A stretch of 64,000 nucleotides of DNA from Blastocatellia bacterium (GTDB lineage: Bacteria > Acidobacteriota > Blastocatellia > UBA7656). The translations under genes and the position numbers were made by a program. Shown here in pieces: positions 51,918 to 62,888 of this stretch; the stretch's first letter is position 1, and every line of letters begins with the position of its first letter. Location of the stretch: contig CAVXWP010000015.1 in NCBI GenBank assembly GCA_963765495.1, positions 124,115 to 188,114 on the forward strand, written 5' to 3'. Below the pieces are notes generated by a model. The model searched no databases and had not been told where the DNA came from. It saw nothing but the letters and a program-made list of their open reading frames with translations.

Positions 51918-53369
51918 TCACTCGCGCGAGGCTTCGATTATGCAAAACTCTGTTTCTTCATCTACGCCCGTCTGATTGGGGTGGAACCGAAAAGCGCCTT
52001 CACTCTCTTCAACAAAAATCGAATTGGAATTGATCAGGTTCTTCAACCTGAGTTTACCCTGCGCGCCGATTGACCGGGCAAGCGGAGTTAAATCAAATGC
52101 CACGGCATTGAATTTGTGCCAGGCGTCGGATATTTGACCCAGATAGGCGACCGCTCGCCCCCCCGTTTGCCTCATGAAAGTCACGGCTCCCCAGACGCCG
52201 CTGTCAAACAGAGCAAACGAGCCTTCTTTGAAGATCGGGTCACTTGTAGCCTCTAGTATCTTTTTGTAGCCTGCCTTCAACGCCGCGTCTTCCGTCTCCT
52301 GGTTTAGCGGTTTGATTCGCTGTACGGGCAGGCGCTCCTGTCTGCCTTCCATCTGGCCTTCGTGAATAAGGCTCGTGCCCGGCAGTGAAAGTATCAATGC
52401 CGCCGCCGCCAGATTATTATTTCGATTGAAAACGGATGCGGCGCGAGGTTCGTCGTGGTTCTCTATAAAGTAAAGCGAGGACTGCAATACGCGAGTGTCG
52501 CGCGCGAGCCGCTCGTTTACAAGTCCGGCATTGCGGCTCGCGAGACCATCATACAGCTTCTTCTCATACGTGAAATCGAATCCCTGTTCGGCAAGGTACG
52601 GCTCTTTATCCCAGTAGGCTTCGGCTATAAAAGTGAAATCTGGTCTTATGGATTTTACTTCGCTGATGGCCTGATTCCAGAACTCTCCCGGCATATGCTC
52701 GTCAAACCAGAGCGCGGGCGCATTAGGGTACCAGTGCTGGCGTATGTAATCTCTGAGCACAAGCATAGCCATATCGCACCTCACGCCGTCGGCTATCCGG
52801 CTGATGTATATCAGGACCTCGATCATACGCGCTCTCAACTCTTCGTTTGTGTAATCGAGTTGCGAGGTATCGTGCCAGGGAGGAAAGTAGGGGTCGCGCC
52901 CGAAGGCTACGACTTCGCCCGTTGGGTGCAGGAAGAACTCAGAGGTAGTCTGGTTACGCACTCGCGAGTCGCTTCGAATAAACAACTCCGGGTTCTCATC
53001 AATCCAGGGCGAGTCTATCGCCATGTGATTTGAAACGAAATCGACTATGACCCGCAGACCCGCCCGGTGGGCGCGCTCGACCAGAGCCGAAAACGCTCTC
53101 TCTCCGCCAAGCTCTGAATTGACCCTGTATTCAGGAATCGCATAGGGCGAGCCTTCGTAGTCTTCGGCCACGATTTTCGATATTCGCTTTGCGCCCTGGC
53201 TGATCTGCCAGATGCCCATAGGCCAGATGCAATCGAACCCCAGCAGAGACAATTCACCCAGTTCGGCGTCTGTGATCTGCTCAAGGCTCAAGCAGTGCAG
53301 GCGAGTGTTAATCTCGTATATTCGCAATTTTTCAGTACCTTCGGGGCTGTTGAAGTTAATATTTGTCAC
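51918..53369 (-). CDS. GH13 alpha-amylase family protein
   Basis: YEINTR, DFVSNH, DGVRCDMAML, AEAYW, FIENHDEPRA; GTG start. Confidence 0.9.
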   Translation of the reverse strand: MTNINFNSPEGTEKLRIYEINTRLHCLSLEQITDAELGELSLLGFDCIWPMGIWQISQGAKRISKIVAEDYEGSPYAIPEYRVNSELGGERAFSALVERAHRAGLRVIVDFVSNHMAIDSPWIDENPELFIRSDSRVRNQTTSEFFLHPTGEVVAFGRDPYFPPWHDTSQLDYTNEELRARMIEVLIYISRIADGVRCDMAMLVLRDYIRQHWYPNAPALWFDEHMPGEFWNQAISEVKSIRPDFTFIAEAYWDKEPYLAEQGFDFTYEKKLYDGLASRNAGLVNERLARDTRVLQSSLYFIENHDEPRAASVFNRNNNLAAAALILSLPGTSLIHEGQMEGRQERLPVQRIKPLNQETEDAALKAGYKKILEATSDPIFKEGSFALFDSGVWGAVTFMRQTGGRAVAYLGQISDAWHKFNAVAFDLTPLARSIGAQGKLRLKNLINSNSIFVEESEGAFRFHPNQTGVDEETEFCIIEASRE

Positions 53370-53386
53370 GTAGTGTCAAGCTGGTT

Positions 53387-53884
53387 TCAGGCCAGACGCT
53401 TTTGCGGGGCGAGGCTGAGCGTTGGCTCCAACCCGTCAAGCCACGAAAAGCGAACCGCCTCGGCCAGACACGTTCGCTTTTCGGGTGCGAGCGAGTTCAA
53501 ATACCTGTCACGATTGCGTAAACCGTCTTCCGTTACGGCTTTCAGCACCTCTTTACCCCGCTCGCTGAGCGATACGAGCAGTTGCGGCCTGTGCGAATTT
53601 GCCTCATATGTCAGGTCTAAAAGCCCCGCCTGCTGCATGCGCTTGCAAAGCTGGCCTGTGGCCGTGCGGTCCCGCACCAGATGTTCGGCCAAAACTCTCA
53701 GCGGCAGGTGCGCTTCTTCGAGACAATGCACGGCTAGCAGCACCTGATAATGCTCGAAAGTGGTGTTATGGGCCGCCGCCGCCCTTGCATAGAAATCATC
53801 AAGCGTGCGAAGATAATTCCTCGCCGTCGTCAGATGTTCGTAAATATCGCATTCATTATGACTTACCTTTTCTCTCGCAGACAT
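53387..53884 (-). CDS. MarR-family transcriptional regulator
   Basis: TFEHYQVL, LAEHLVRDRTATGQLCKRMQQAGL, VSLSERGK; start uncertain. Confidence 0.7.
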   Translation of the reverse strand: MSAREKVSHNECDIYEHLTTARNYLRTLDDFYARAAAAHNTTFEHYQVLLAVHCLEEAHLPLRVLAEHLVRDRTATGQLCKRMQQAGLLDLTYEANSHRPQLLVSLSERGKEVLKAVTEDGLRNRDRYLNSLAPEKRTCLAEAVRFSWLDGLEPTLSLAPQKRLA

Positions 53885-54084
53885 CCTCTCTCCCTCTATT
53901 TGCATCTAGATACTTCGGGAAATATGTTGTATTATATTTCTTTGAAGGTTATGTTATGTAATGCACTACAGGATGTCAACCACTATTTCAGGTTGATGAA
54001 GATTTGAAGCGCCGCTGGACAAAAGGGGCGCTTTTTAGTTCGGTCTAAAAACGGCGCATAGCGAAAGGCGGAATAAAGGTCAGA

Positions 54085-55725
54085 ATGGACAAGGACATCC
54101 TTTTGGGAAACCACGACGAAAACCAGGAAGATTTCGGCCCGTCAAAGGGCCTGGACCGCATAGTCGCGGAAATAGACGAAGATACGAGTGATGATCTCTG
54201 GGAGAGCGTGGATGTAGAGGAAGAAGAAGCTCCGGAAGCGGTAGAGGAAGCGGCCGACGAGATTGATGTTGATCTGGAGCCGGGCAAGGATGAATCTCTC
54301 GATCCGATGCGACTCTACCTGCGCGAGATGAGCTCGGTTCCGCTACTCACACGCGAGGATGAGATACGTATAGCCAAGCGTATCGAGCGAGGCAACAAGC
54401 GTATTGCAAAGGCGCTCTCGCGCTCATTTATAACCACCGAAGTAATAAGAGACCTTGCCGAAAAGCTTACTGAGGGAGCTATCAATCCTCAGGACATAGT
54501 CGATGTGGCGACCGACCCTGATGCCGAAGAAGCTCTCGAAGAGCAGCGCGAAGAGATTCGCCAGCGCGTCATGTTCGAGTTTGGCGAAATAATAAAATCT
54601 CACGACAGCCTTGTAGCCCTTTCAGGCAAGATAGAGAAAGAGCCCAAGTCATCAAAGAAGCTCAAGAAGCTTCGCCGCCAGTACGCTCACAGTCTGGTCG
54701 AGATGTCGCGGCGAGTGAGGGCTTTTACCTTTAGCGCCGAGACCCGGCGGCGTTTTGTCGAGGGTTTGGAGTCAATAGTCAGAGAGATCCGGGAAGCCGA
54801 AACCGATCTGAGTCGCGTTGAGCGCGCTCTGGAATCAAAACGCCGCAAGGACATTACGGAACTCAAGAAGCAGCAGCGCGCAGCGCGCAAGGTTATCCGT
54901 GAAATCGAGCGACGTTATGCGAAGTCGGCTATCGACATAAAGCGCACCCTCCAGACGATTGTCGGGGCCGAGGCCGAAGTAGAGCAGGCCAAACGCGAGA
55001 TGATAGAGGCGAATTTGCGGCTGGTCATCTCGATTGCCAAAAACTATATAAATCGCGGACTGCACTTTCTGGATTTGATCCAGGAAGGCAACATCGGATT
55101 GATGCGCGCGGTCGAGAAATTCGATTGGCGGCGCGGTTATAAGTTTTCGACCTACGCCACGTGGTGGATACGTCAGGCCGTCACGCGTGCCATAGCCGAT
55201 CAGGGGCGGACGATTCGCGTGCCTGTTCACATGGTTGAGGTGATAAATAAGATACTGCGAACCCAGCGATTGATGGTGCAGGAACTTGGACGCGAGCCTA
55301 CACACGAGGAGCTTGCTCGTCGGGTTGATATGCCGGCCTGGAAGGTCCGCAAGGCGCTCAAGATCGCGCAGCAGCCCATATCGCTTGAGACCCCTATCGG
55401 AGACGACGGCGAGACGACTATAGCCAGCTTTATCGAGGATCGGCGCTCGGCCAACCCGGCCGAGACCGCCATAACCAATAACCTCCGCGAGCTGACCGAA
55501 GACGTGCTGTCTACGCTTACGCCTCGCGAAAAAGAGATTATCAAGATGCGTTTTGGCCTGGATCAGTCGGGCGAAGAGCGTACGCTTGAAGAGGTGGGCA
55601 AGCATTTTAACGTGACCCGCGAACGAATACGCCAGATCGAAGCCAAAGCGCTTGCCAAGCTGCGTCATCCGATGCGTTCGCGCAGGCTGCGGGCCTTTTT
55701 GGACGGCACTGCCGTGGCTTCCTGA
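54085..55725 (+). CDS. rpoD: RpoD-like sigma-70 factor
   Basis: [74 protein letters not shown]. Confidence 0.9.
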   Translation: MDKDILLGNHDENQEDFGPSKGLDRIVAEIDEDTSDDLWESVDVEEEEAPEAVEEAADEIDVDLEPGKDESLDPMRLYLREMSSVPLLTREDEIRIAKRIERGNKRIAKALSRSFITTEVIRDLAEKLTEGAINPQDIVDVATDPDAEEALEEQREEIRQRVMFEFGEIIKSHDSLVALSGKIEKEPKSSKKLKKLRRQYAHSLVEMSRRVRAFTFSAETRRRFVEGLESIVREIREAETDLSRVERALESKRRKDITELKKQQRAARKVIREIERRYAKSAIDIKRTLQTIVGAEAEVEQAKREMIEANLRLVISIAKNYINRGLHFLDLIQEGNIGLMRAVEKFDWRRGYKFSTYATWWIRQAVTRAIADQGRTIRVPVHMVEVINKILRTQRLMVQELGREPTHEELARRVDMPAWKVRKALKIAQQPISLETPIGDDGETTIASFIEDRRSANPAETAITNNLRELTEDVLSTLTPREKEIIKMRFGLDQSGEERTLEEVGKHFNVTRERIRQIEAKALAKLRHPMRSRRLRAFLDGTAVAS

Positions 55726-55762
55726 GACAGACTAAATCAGGGCAAAACATTTCGGGGCCGGT

Positions 55763-56707
55763 TTACGGCCCCGTTTTCTTTGCATAAGTATCTATAGCCG
55801 ATTTTATGGCGCGAAGATTTCGCTCGGGTGTATCGGTCGGGACGGAGCATCCGGGAGTGATGATCAAACCGCGCGGCCCGATTTCCGATATAGATTCGGC
55901 CACCTGCCTGCCGATCTCGGGCACCGACAGGTGATATGCCTCAACTTCATTGACCCCGCCGAGGACTGTTTTCCCGCTCATCGCCTTTCCTTCTTTGAGC
56001 GTGGGAGAGGTAGAAAAGTGCGACCAGTTCAACCCGGCCACGGGATAATCGAGAAGGGCGTCGAAGTGGATTTGTTTACCGTGAATGTGCAGCACGTTGA
56101 ATGGAGCGTCACCGACGGCCTCGAGTATTTTCAGATCGAACGGGCGGCCCCACATTTCGTATTGCTCGCGCGGCATGATGTCGTCGGTAGCCGCGCCGAG
56201 CGAAAGAAATATCCCGGCGGCTCCTCTCGATATTGCTTCCCGCGCGTAGGCGGCCAATGAAATAGCTATGTTTTCCATTGCCCTGAGAACGATCTCCGGG
56301 TAGCGGTCTCGCGCTTTTGCGAGTTCGCCGGCTCGCGCAAGTCTGCGCGCCGTGGTCCAGGGACTGAAAATAGTCTCTATAAAAAGAGTCTCTTTGCCAA
56401 TCGCATCGTTGATGATTGAAAGCGCCGATAACTGCTCTTTCCAGCAATCATCATTTGCCTCGAGCGGCTCTATCCTCTTCCAATCTTCTTCCGAGTCCAC
56501 GGAATCGAGTCCGTGAGGTAATGGATATGCGTAATCACTCATGACCTTCAGGAAATCGAGGTCATAAGCGCGATAAAAATCGATCTCAGCCTCGGCGTGG
56601 TTGCTTCCGAACATATGTTGAAGCCCGAAGTGATACCAGAAACTGAACGGAGGCCGGTCCACCTCTTCGCCCTTGAGCGCTCCTTTAATACGTTCTATCT
56701 TATTCAA
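55763..56707 (-). CDS. Uroporphyrinogen decarboxylase-superfamily protein
   Basis: ERIKGALKGEEVDRPPFSFWYHF, TIFSP, LHIHG, IITPGCSVP; TTG start at 56707 preceded by GAGGGAG. Confidence 0.82.
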   Translation of the reverse strand: MNKIERIKGALKGEEVDRPPFSFWYHFGLQHMFGSNHAEAEIDFYRAYDLDFLKVMSDYAYPLPHGLDSVDSEEDWKRIEPLEANDDCWKEQLSALSIINDAIGKETLFIETIFSPWTTARRLARAGELAKARDRYPEIVLRAMENIAISLAAYAREAISRGAAGIFLSLGAATDDIMPREQYEMWGRPFDLKILEAVGDAPFNVLHIHGKQIHFDALLDYPVAGLNWSHFSTSPTLKEGKAMSGKTVLGGVNEVEAYHLSVPEIGRQVAESISEIGPRGLIITPGCSVPTDTPERNLRAIKSAIDTYAKKTGP

Positions 56708-56773
56708 AGTAGTCTCCCTCGAATCGTAAAGGTCCATATTAATGTATTGCGTCGGGTTGCGTCGAGCGAGAGG

Positions 56774-58432
<1,659 letters not shown>

Positions 58433-58438
58433 TTTCAA

Positions 58439-58451
58439 AATCAATAACTTA
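58439..58451 (+). promoter_or_regulatory. IHF consensus site
   Basis: AATCAATAACTTA matches WATCAANNNNTTR. Confidence 0.6.
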
Positions 58452-58452
58452 C

Positions 58453-58475
58453 AGCCACCGCAAAGGTGGCTTTTT
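58453..58475 (+). terminator. Rho-independent terminator after tRNA-Val
   Basis: AGCCACC-GCAAA-GGTGGCT followed by a T tract. Confidence 0.8.
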
Positions 58476-58597
58476 AGTTTGGTCAATCATATGGTCAATC
58501 ATTCGTCACCCATCTCTTGATTTGTCAAAGTAATTCATTAGCTCATTTATGAATAGCAATATATTGGGGCAGTGTTAGGTAGGCCGAAAAGTTCGTA

Positions 58598-58876
58598 TTA
58601 TTGCACCATTGCTGATTCTACAATCTCGAACGACGAATCGAATATCAATAGGTGTCCACAGTCACCGCAGTAGGCAAAACGATGTATTTCAGTATTCACA
58701 AACGTGGCACGCAATTCCCGCGCTCGCTCTTTTGCCCTATCTTCGGCCGCACCGATCACTGACCCGGAAGGATCAAAGACGATGAAGCGACGACCACAGA
58801 TGCAGCGCAAACTCCATTCTATAGGCGGCTGAGTGCGCGGGGGCGGAATTCCTTGAAGTGGAGGGTAATTCGCCAT
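58598..58876 (-). CDS. Small hypothetical protein, possible zinc ribbon
   Basis: CICG and CGDCG motifs; directly downstream of the Xre gene. Confidence 0.55.
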   Translation of the reverse strand: MANYPPLQGIPPPRTQPPIEWSLRCICGRRFIVFDPSGSVIGAAEDRAKERARELRATFVNTEIHRFAYCGDCGHLLIFDSSFEIVESAMVQ

Positions 58877-58880
58877 AGGT

Positions 58881-59120
58881 TTATCCCTTCCGCTTGTTTT
58901 TCCTGCCGCTTTCGGCCTCTATCAAGTCCCCAGCTTCGCATTCTAAAACCTCGCAAAGCTTATCAAGTACATCTAGTCTGATGGCCTGCGCTTTGTTGTG
59001 CCTGAGCTTTGCCAGAGACGCATGTGAGATACCGGAATCAATCGCCAGCCGATACGCCGTCATTCCTCTTTCTTCCAGCAATTCGTCAATCCTAATTCTC
59101 GCCATAGTGCCGCCAATCAT
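58881..59120 (-). CDS. Xre/Cro-CI (HTH_26-like) transcriptional regulator
   Basis: IDELLEERGMTAYRLAIDSGISHASLAKL, IRLDVLDKLCEVLECEAGDLI; GGAGG before ATG 59120 (alternative start 59105). Confidence 0.88.
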   Translation of the reverse strand: MIGGTMARIRIDELLEERGMTAYRLAIDSGISHASLAKLRHNKAQAIRLDVLDKLCEVLECEAGDLIEAESGRKNKRKG

Positions 59121-59221
59121 AACATACCTCCCTGCGCATAATACAACGCGCTCGCTTATATATACCATAACGCATCATTGCGCGTAAAGTAAAATAATTC
59201 GCGTTTCGCATTATTTTTTGC

Positions 59222-59250
59222 TTGACATTATATCGCGTTTCGCGTAATAT
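59222..59250 (+). promoter_or_regulatory. Strong rightward sigma70 promoter overlapping a candidate operator
   Basis: TTGACA-17-TAATAT; TCGCGTTTCGC occurs at 59199-59209 and 59233-59243. Confidence 0.75.
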
Positions 59251-59411
59251 TACATCAATTCGATGGTTCTTTAACAATCTAGCGCGAAGCACTCAGGCCG
59301 GAGTTGAAGGAAGAACCCGGAAGGCAGCGACGAGCGCAAAGGTGAGCCAATAACAGTAACTCACCCGACAACACGCAAACATTCACCAATTCAAACCAAG
59401 AGGCTACCACG

Positions 59412-59540
59412 ATGCAAGAAAAACCCTTTCGCACGCTTGAGCAAGTCAAGGCAGGCGACATACCGCAGGTCGAATTTGAAATGACCGCCGAAGACTTTGG
59501 CGAATGGCTACACGAAGATGAGCAGGATTACCCGTTCTAA
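59412..59540 (+). CDS. 42-aa acidic small protein ending in DEQDYPF (absent from the ORF track)
   Basis: MQEKPFRTLEQVKAGDIPQVEFEMTAEDFGEWLHEDEQDYPF; GAGG RBS; first clear ORF after the promoter. Confidence 0.6.
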   Translation: MQEKPFRTLEQVKAGDIPQVEFEMTAEDFGEWLHEDEQDYPF

Positions 59541-59546
59541 CAGCGA

Positions 59547-59577
59547 AGCGGCTAGATGCTCGCAACATCTAGCCGCT
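59547..59577 (+). other. 12-bp perfect hairpin between small ORFs
   Basis: AGCGGCTAGATG-ctcgcaa-CATCTAGCCGCT. Confidence 0.6.
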
Positions 59578-59618
59578 CGAAACTCTCACCGCCTAAACGA
59601 TGAAAGGAATGTTTCACC

Positions 59619-59928
59619 ATGAAATCTATCACGACACCGACCGACATTCAATCACTCACTCAGGATTATTACCCCGCAGCCTACAGCCTTCAATTACAGG
59701 CCGAAGAACTGGCCGCTAGCCGATGACTTTGAAGGCTACAGCGATTGGTCAGAAGACCTTGAGGCTATCCGATTAGCCGAAGAAGAAACCAAAGCTTGGG
59801 ATGGCGCAAAGCCTGTCACTTTGGACGATGGCGCGCAAGTCTTAATCAAAAAGGCTTGTGAACATGCCAAATGCCCGCATCACAAATGCACCCGCTCGGA
59901 CCTTCGTATCGGCGGGATAGACATTTGA
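59619..59928 (+). pseudogene. Frameshifted acidic hypothetical protein with a Cys/His-rich tail
   Basis: MKSITTPTDIQ... stops near 59726 but continues in another frame ADDFEGYSDW...CEHAKCPHHKC; AAGGA RBS. Confidence 0.5.
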
Positions 59929-60203
59929 CCTGTGGATTGTGCAGCAAGGCAATCAAACCGGATGATGTAACAAACCTGCATCATCCGGTTTACCGCAGCC
60001 AGGGAGGAACCGAAACCGAGCCGGTTCACAAAGGCTGTCACGTTGCCTATCACAGCAGGCAAGGCGATTTCAAAGCATTCGGCCGCATCGGTGGCCAGAT
60101 CAGCGCACTATCACGGAGATGGGCTTTCAATCTCAAGAATGTGAAAGACCATCCGGCCTATGAACTGAGCAGGCAATTTTATCGAGCGCACTACGCGCAC
60201 TAA
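59925..60203 (+). CDS. HNH endonuclease
   Basis: CGLC, NLHHPVYRSQGG, VHKGCHVAYH; TTG start overlapping the upstream TGA. Confidence 0.75.
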   Translation: MTCGLCSKAIKPDDVTNLHHPVYRSQGGTETEPVHKGCHVAYHSRQGDFKAFGRIGGQISALSRRWAFNLKNVKDHPAYELSRQFYRAHYAH

Positions 60204-60213
60204 TGGAGGGAGC

Positions 60214-60491
60214 ATGAGCGCAGCAAGATTTCCACTAGGCCAGATGGTAGCCACACCGGGCGCACTGGAAGCACTCGCACAGAACGGCCAGAACGCTTTT
60301 GAATTTATCCGCAGGCATGAAACCGGAGATTGGGGTTGCTTGTGTGATGAAGACAAGCAAGAGAATGAATTTTCAGTTGATAAAGACCTCAGAATCTTCT
60401 CAGCCTACCGCCTCAAAGATGAAACCAAGATTTGGGTAATAACGGAGGCGGATCGAAGCGCAACTACTGTGCTTTTACCAGTGAATACTAA
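60214..60491 (+). pseudogene. Plasmid/phage-associated small conserved protein, frameshift at the C-terminus
   Basis: FPLGQMVATPGA, RHETGDWG, DKQENE, IFSAY, IWVITEADRSATTVLLP; adding 1 nt gives a P-S-E-Y-stop ending that I recall for this family. Confidence 0.65.
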
Positions 60492-60543
60492 CCACACCAG
60501 ACCGGGGCAAGCTCGACTTGCCCCACACTCAGGAGATAAGACC

Positions 60544-60903
60544 ATGATTCATCAGATACCCGCACAAATCGAGATCAAAACAACAGGAGTTGATTACCGA
60601 CAGTGAAGACCTCGCGCAAGTGCGAGAACAGATCAAGGATGCCGAGCTTGAGGCAATCTGCGAAGCGGCCGAAGCCAGGGGCGAAGACGGAAAGCCCCTT
60701 TACACAAACGACAAGTTCAGGGAACGGGCCGCACGCTCAGAGCCTAAAGGCCGATGCTCAATATCAGACGGGACCGTGAAACCGCTCGAATACTTGAGCG
60801 CCATGTTGCGATGCTAACGGCAGAGATTGAGCGAATGCGCCGAGATTATCGCATCGCTTTGATTGACTACGAGCGCGAAGAGTTAGGCCAGCGCGCAGCA
60901 TAG
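60544..60903 (+). pseudogene. Frameshifted coiled-coil hypothetical protein
   Basis: AGGAG RBS, MIHQIPAQIEIK / QQELITDSEDL..GKPLYTND / LERHVAMLTAEIERMRRDY in shifting frames. Confidence 0.45.
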
Positions 60904-60987
60904 CAAGATTAAGGGCCGCGCAGTCCCGCAAAGAATCGCACGGCCCACTATCCCACGCGCCTATTCAGCGCGTAGAAAGGTACTGTT

Positions 60988-61320
60988 ATGACACCACAGG
61001 AGAACTCAGAGAATCAACCGAGCCTGTTTATGGATGACGAGAGCAGGCTTGTACGCCTTGAGGGAATTTCAGCCGAGAGCCGCGAAGCCCTTGCTGACCT
61101 GTTCATCGTATTGCGCCGAGGGATGAGGAAAGAAGGCTGCGGCTGGCAGGTAGTAGAAGCTGAGCTAAACCGATTCATAGAGTTGTTGTTTAGGGAGTCG
61201 GAAGCTTATAGATTGGCCCTGAAATTATATGCAGGCCGGTATGAAGTGATTGGCGGAAGGAATGCCGCCGACATATTGCGCGATGTCGTAGAGAAGTATT
61301 TGCCTGAGAGTGGCGAATAG
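60988..61320 (+). CDS. Hypothetical protein
   Basis: 110-aa ORF with AAGG RBS; no recognised motif. Confidence 0.55.
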   Translation: MTPQENSENQPSLFMDDESRLVRLEGISAESREALADLFIVLRRGMRKEGCGWQVVEAELNRFIELLFRESEAYRLALKLYAGRYEVIGGRNAADILRDVVEKYLPESGE

Positions 61321-61348
61321 AGAGCAAGATAGACGATGCAGCAGGGGA

Positions 61349-61441
61349 AGAAAGCTGAGGCATCAGCGGGGTGCGTGAACGGCAATCAAAGGTTTACAAG
61401 GATTGTGCTTCGCGCGCTCCGGTTCACGCGGGGCGTTAGGC
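61349..61441 (-). other. attC site 3 (distal; L'/R' arm degenerate)
   Basis: Minus strand GCCTAAC-GCCCCG-CGTGAACC-GG-A-GCGCGCGAAGC...; shares an arm with the other two sites but has no intact GTTRRRY. Confidence 0.7.
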
Positions 61442-61491
61442 GCGCCGTGGGATAGCGAGCCGTTTGGAAAAGCTTTGTTCCTGTATAAACA

Positions 61492-62554
61492 CTATAACCT
61501 GGCTCCGTGTGCAACAACACTGCGGATGCTATCGGATAGTTCGCGCACCCCTCGTGTTATATCGTGGTCTCGCAAGTCCAGATACTTTACATCGCGTAAT
61601 AAAGCCGGAACTTCTGTGTCATCAAGAAGAATAGGAAAAACTATTGGCCCGCTTTTCTCTCGAATTCGACGGGTCATAAGTGCGTTAAGCTCCAACTGCG
61701 CCCACCGGCTACTAATGGAGTTCTTGGAAAGGAAGAACGCGAGGAAATCTGCCGAATCTAAGCCTCGTGATACTTCATCGCTAATTGACTGTCCGATAGA
61801 CACTCGATCTTGGTCAATCCAAACATCTACTCCCTCAGCTCGTATGCTGAAAGCGAAAGTTGTCACAATATTGCTATCTGCATGGGAGTAACTGAAAAAC
61901 ACTTGCGGGCTACCTTTGCCCTCGATTGTAAGGAGAGACCTTATTGCTAGGCGAACCGCAGACAATATAGTGGCTTCAGGGATTCGATTCTCTAGGGCTG
62001 GGCGTAATAATGAGCCAAGCTCGTCAAGCAGAGAGCTATCAGCAGTTGCTTGCTGCGCTTGTTCTGCATGTATAGTTTGTTCCAGAGCTTGTGCTGTTCG
62101 GCTTAGATCCGCAGCGACGCTAACTGCTAAATCGTGGGCATCATTAAAGGTTGCAATAGTATGTCGTTCCTGTAAAAGGTGTTTGAATTTTTCTAGTGCC
62201 TCAAGCTTTTGCGCATCGCGCTCGATATTCCTCGGCAAAATAGGAATGTTTTCATTCCGAAGATATACTAGACAGGGCTTGCCGAGTCGAAATCCTTCAG
62301 AGTATTCAGCCTCTGTAAAAGACACAGTCATGCTCGGAACAGGCTTCCGTATTTATACCCAACAATGACAACAAGTATATCACTGCGCCGCACCTCTTCT
62401 ATGCAGGTTTCAATCGGCAAAGATGAGCGCGCTCCAAAAAACTCCATTGAGTCGTGTTGAAGCTGAACTTCCTGACTGCCTCAAGTACCGCCTGTCGCTC
62501 ATCGGCAAGATCCGTGTACGTACTACATAGAAATACTGTGAGAGATGATTTCAT
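61492..62554 (-). pseudogene. DUF4062 + TIR fusion gene cassette (two apparent 1-nt deletions near 62466 and 62340)
   Basis: MKSSLTVFLCSTYTDLADERQAV / SMEFFGAR..CIEEVRRSDILVVIVGYKYGS / SFTEAEY; TIR VFFSYSHAD, VWID, SRWAQLEL, VFPILLDD. Confidence 0.85.
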
Positions 62555-62777
62555 GATTAACCGCTCGTCAGCGTCTTAACTCAAGAGTTCTAGTGCTTCA
62601 TTACCTATTACAGCGGTTTGCAGACGAATGAGTAGAGTTATTCAATAACACATCGTACGGATGCAGGCAATTGATGTGTCTGTCTCTTCGTTCAAGTGAA
62701 AGCCGCTGTAGTATATGAAATCGCCATAGAATTATGCTTACCGAACTGTTCCATAGCAACCATAATTGCGTGAGCGC

Positions 62778-62869
62778 GCCTAACGCTTCGGTTGACCGGG
62801 CGCGCGAACGGCCTGAAAGGAACCATAAGAAACTCGCTTTGCGCGCTCCGGTCGAGCCGTTTGTAATGC
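62778..62869 (-). other. attC site 2 (92 bp)
   Basis: Minus strand R'' GCATTAC, 5-nt spacer, L'' GCTCGACC, GG, extra A, stem, CC, L' GGTCAAC, 6-nt spacer, R' GTTAGGC. Confidence 0.88.
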
Positions 62870-62888
62870 CCAACTTTCGCGTGTGCTA

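Noticed and set aside
62601-62873. 90-aa minus ORF across attC site 2
   Set aside because: Runs through the palindromic recombination site and cassette leader with no RBS or motif
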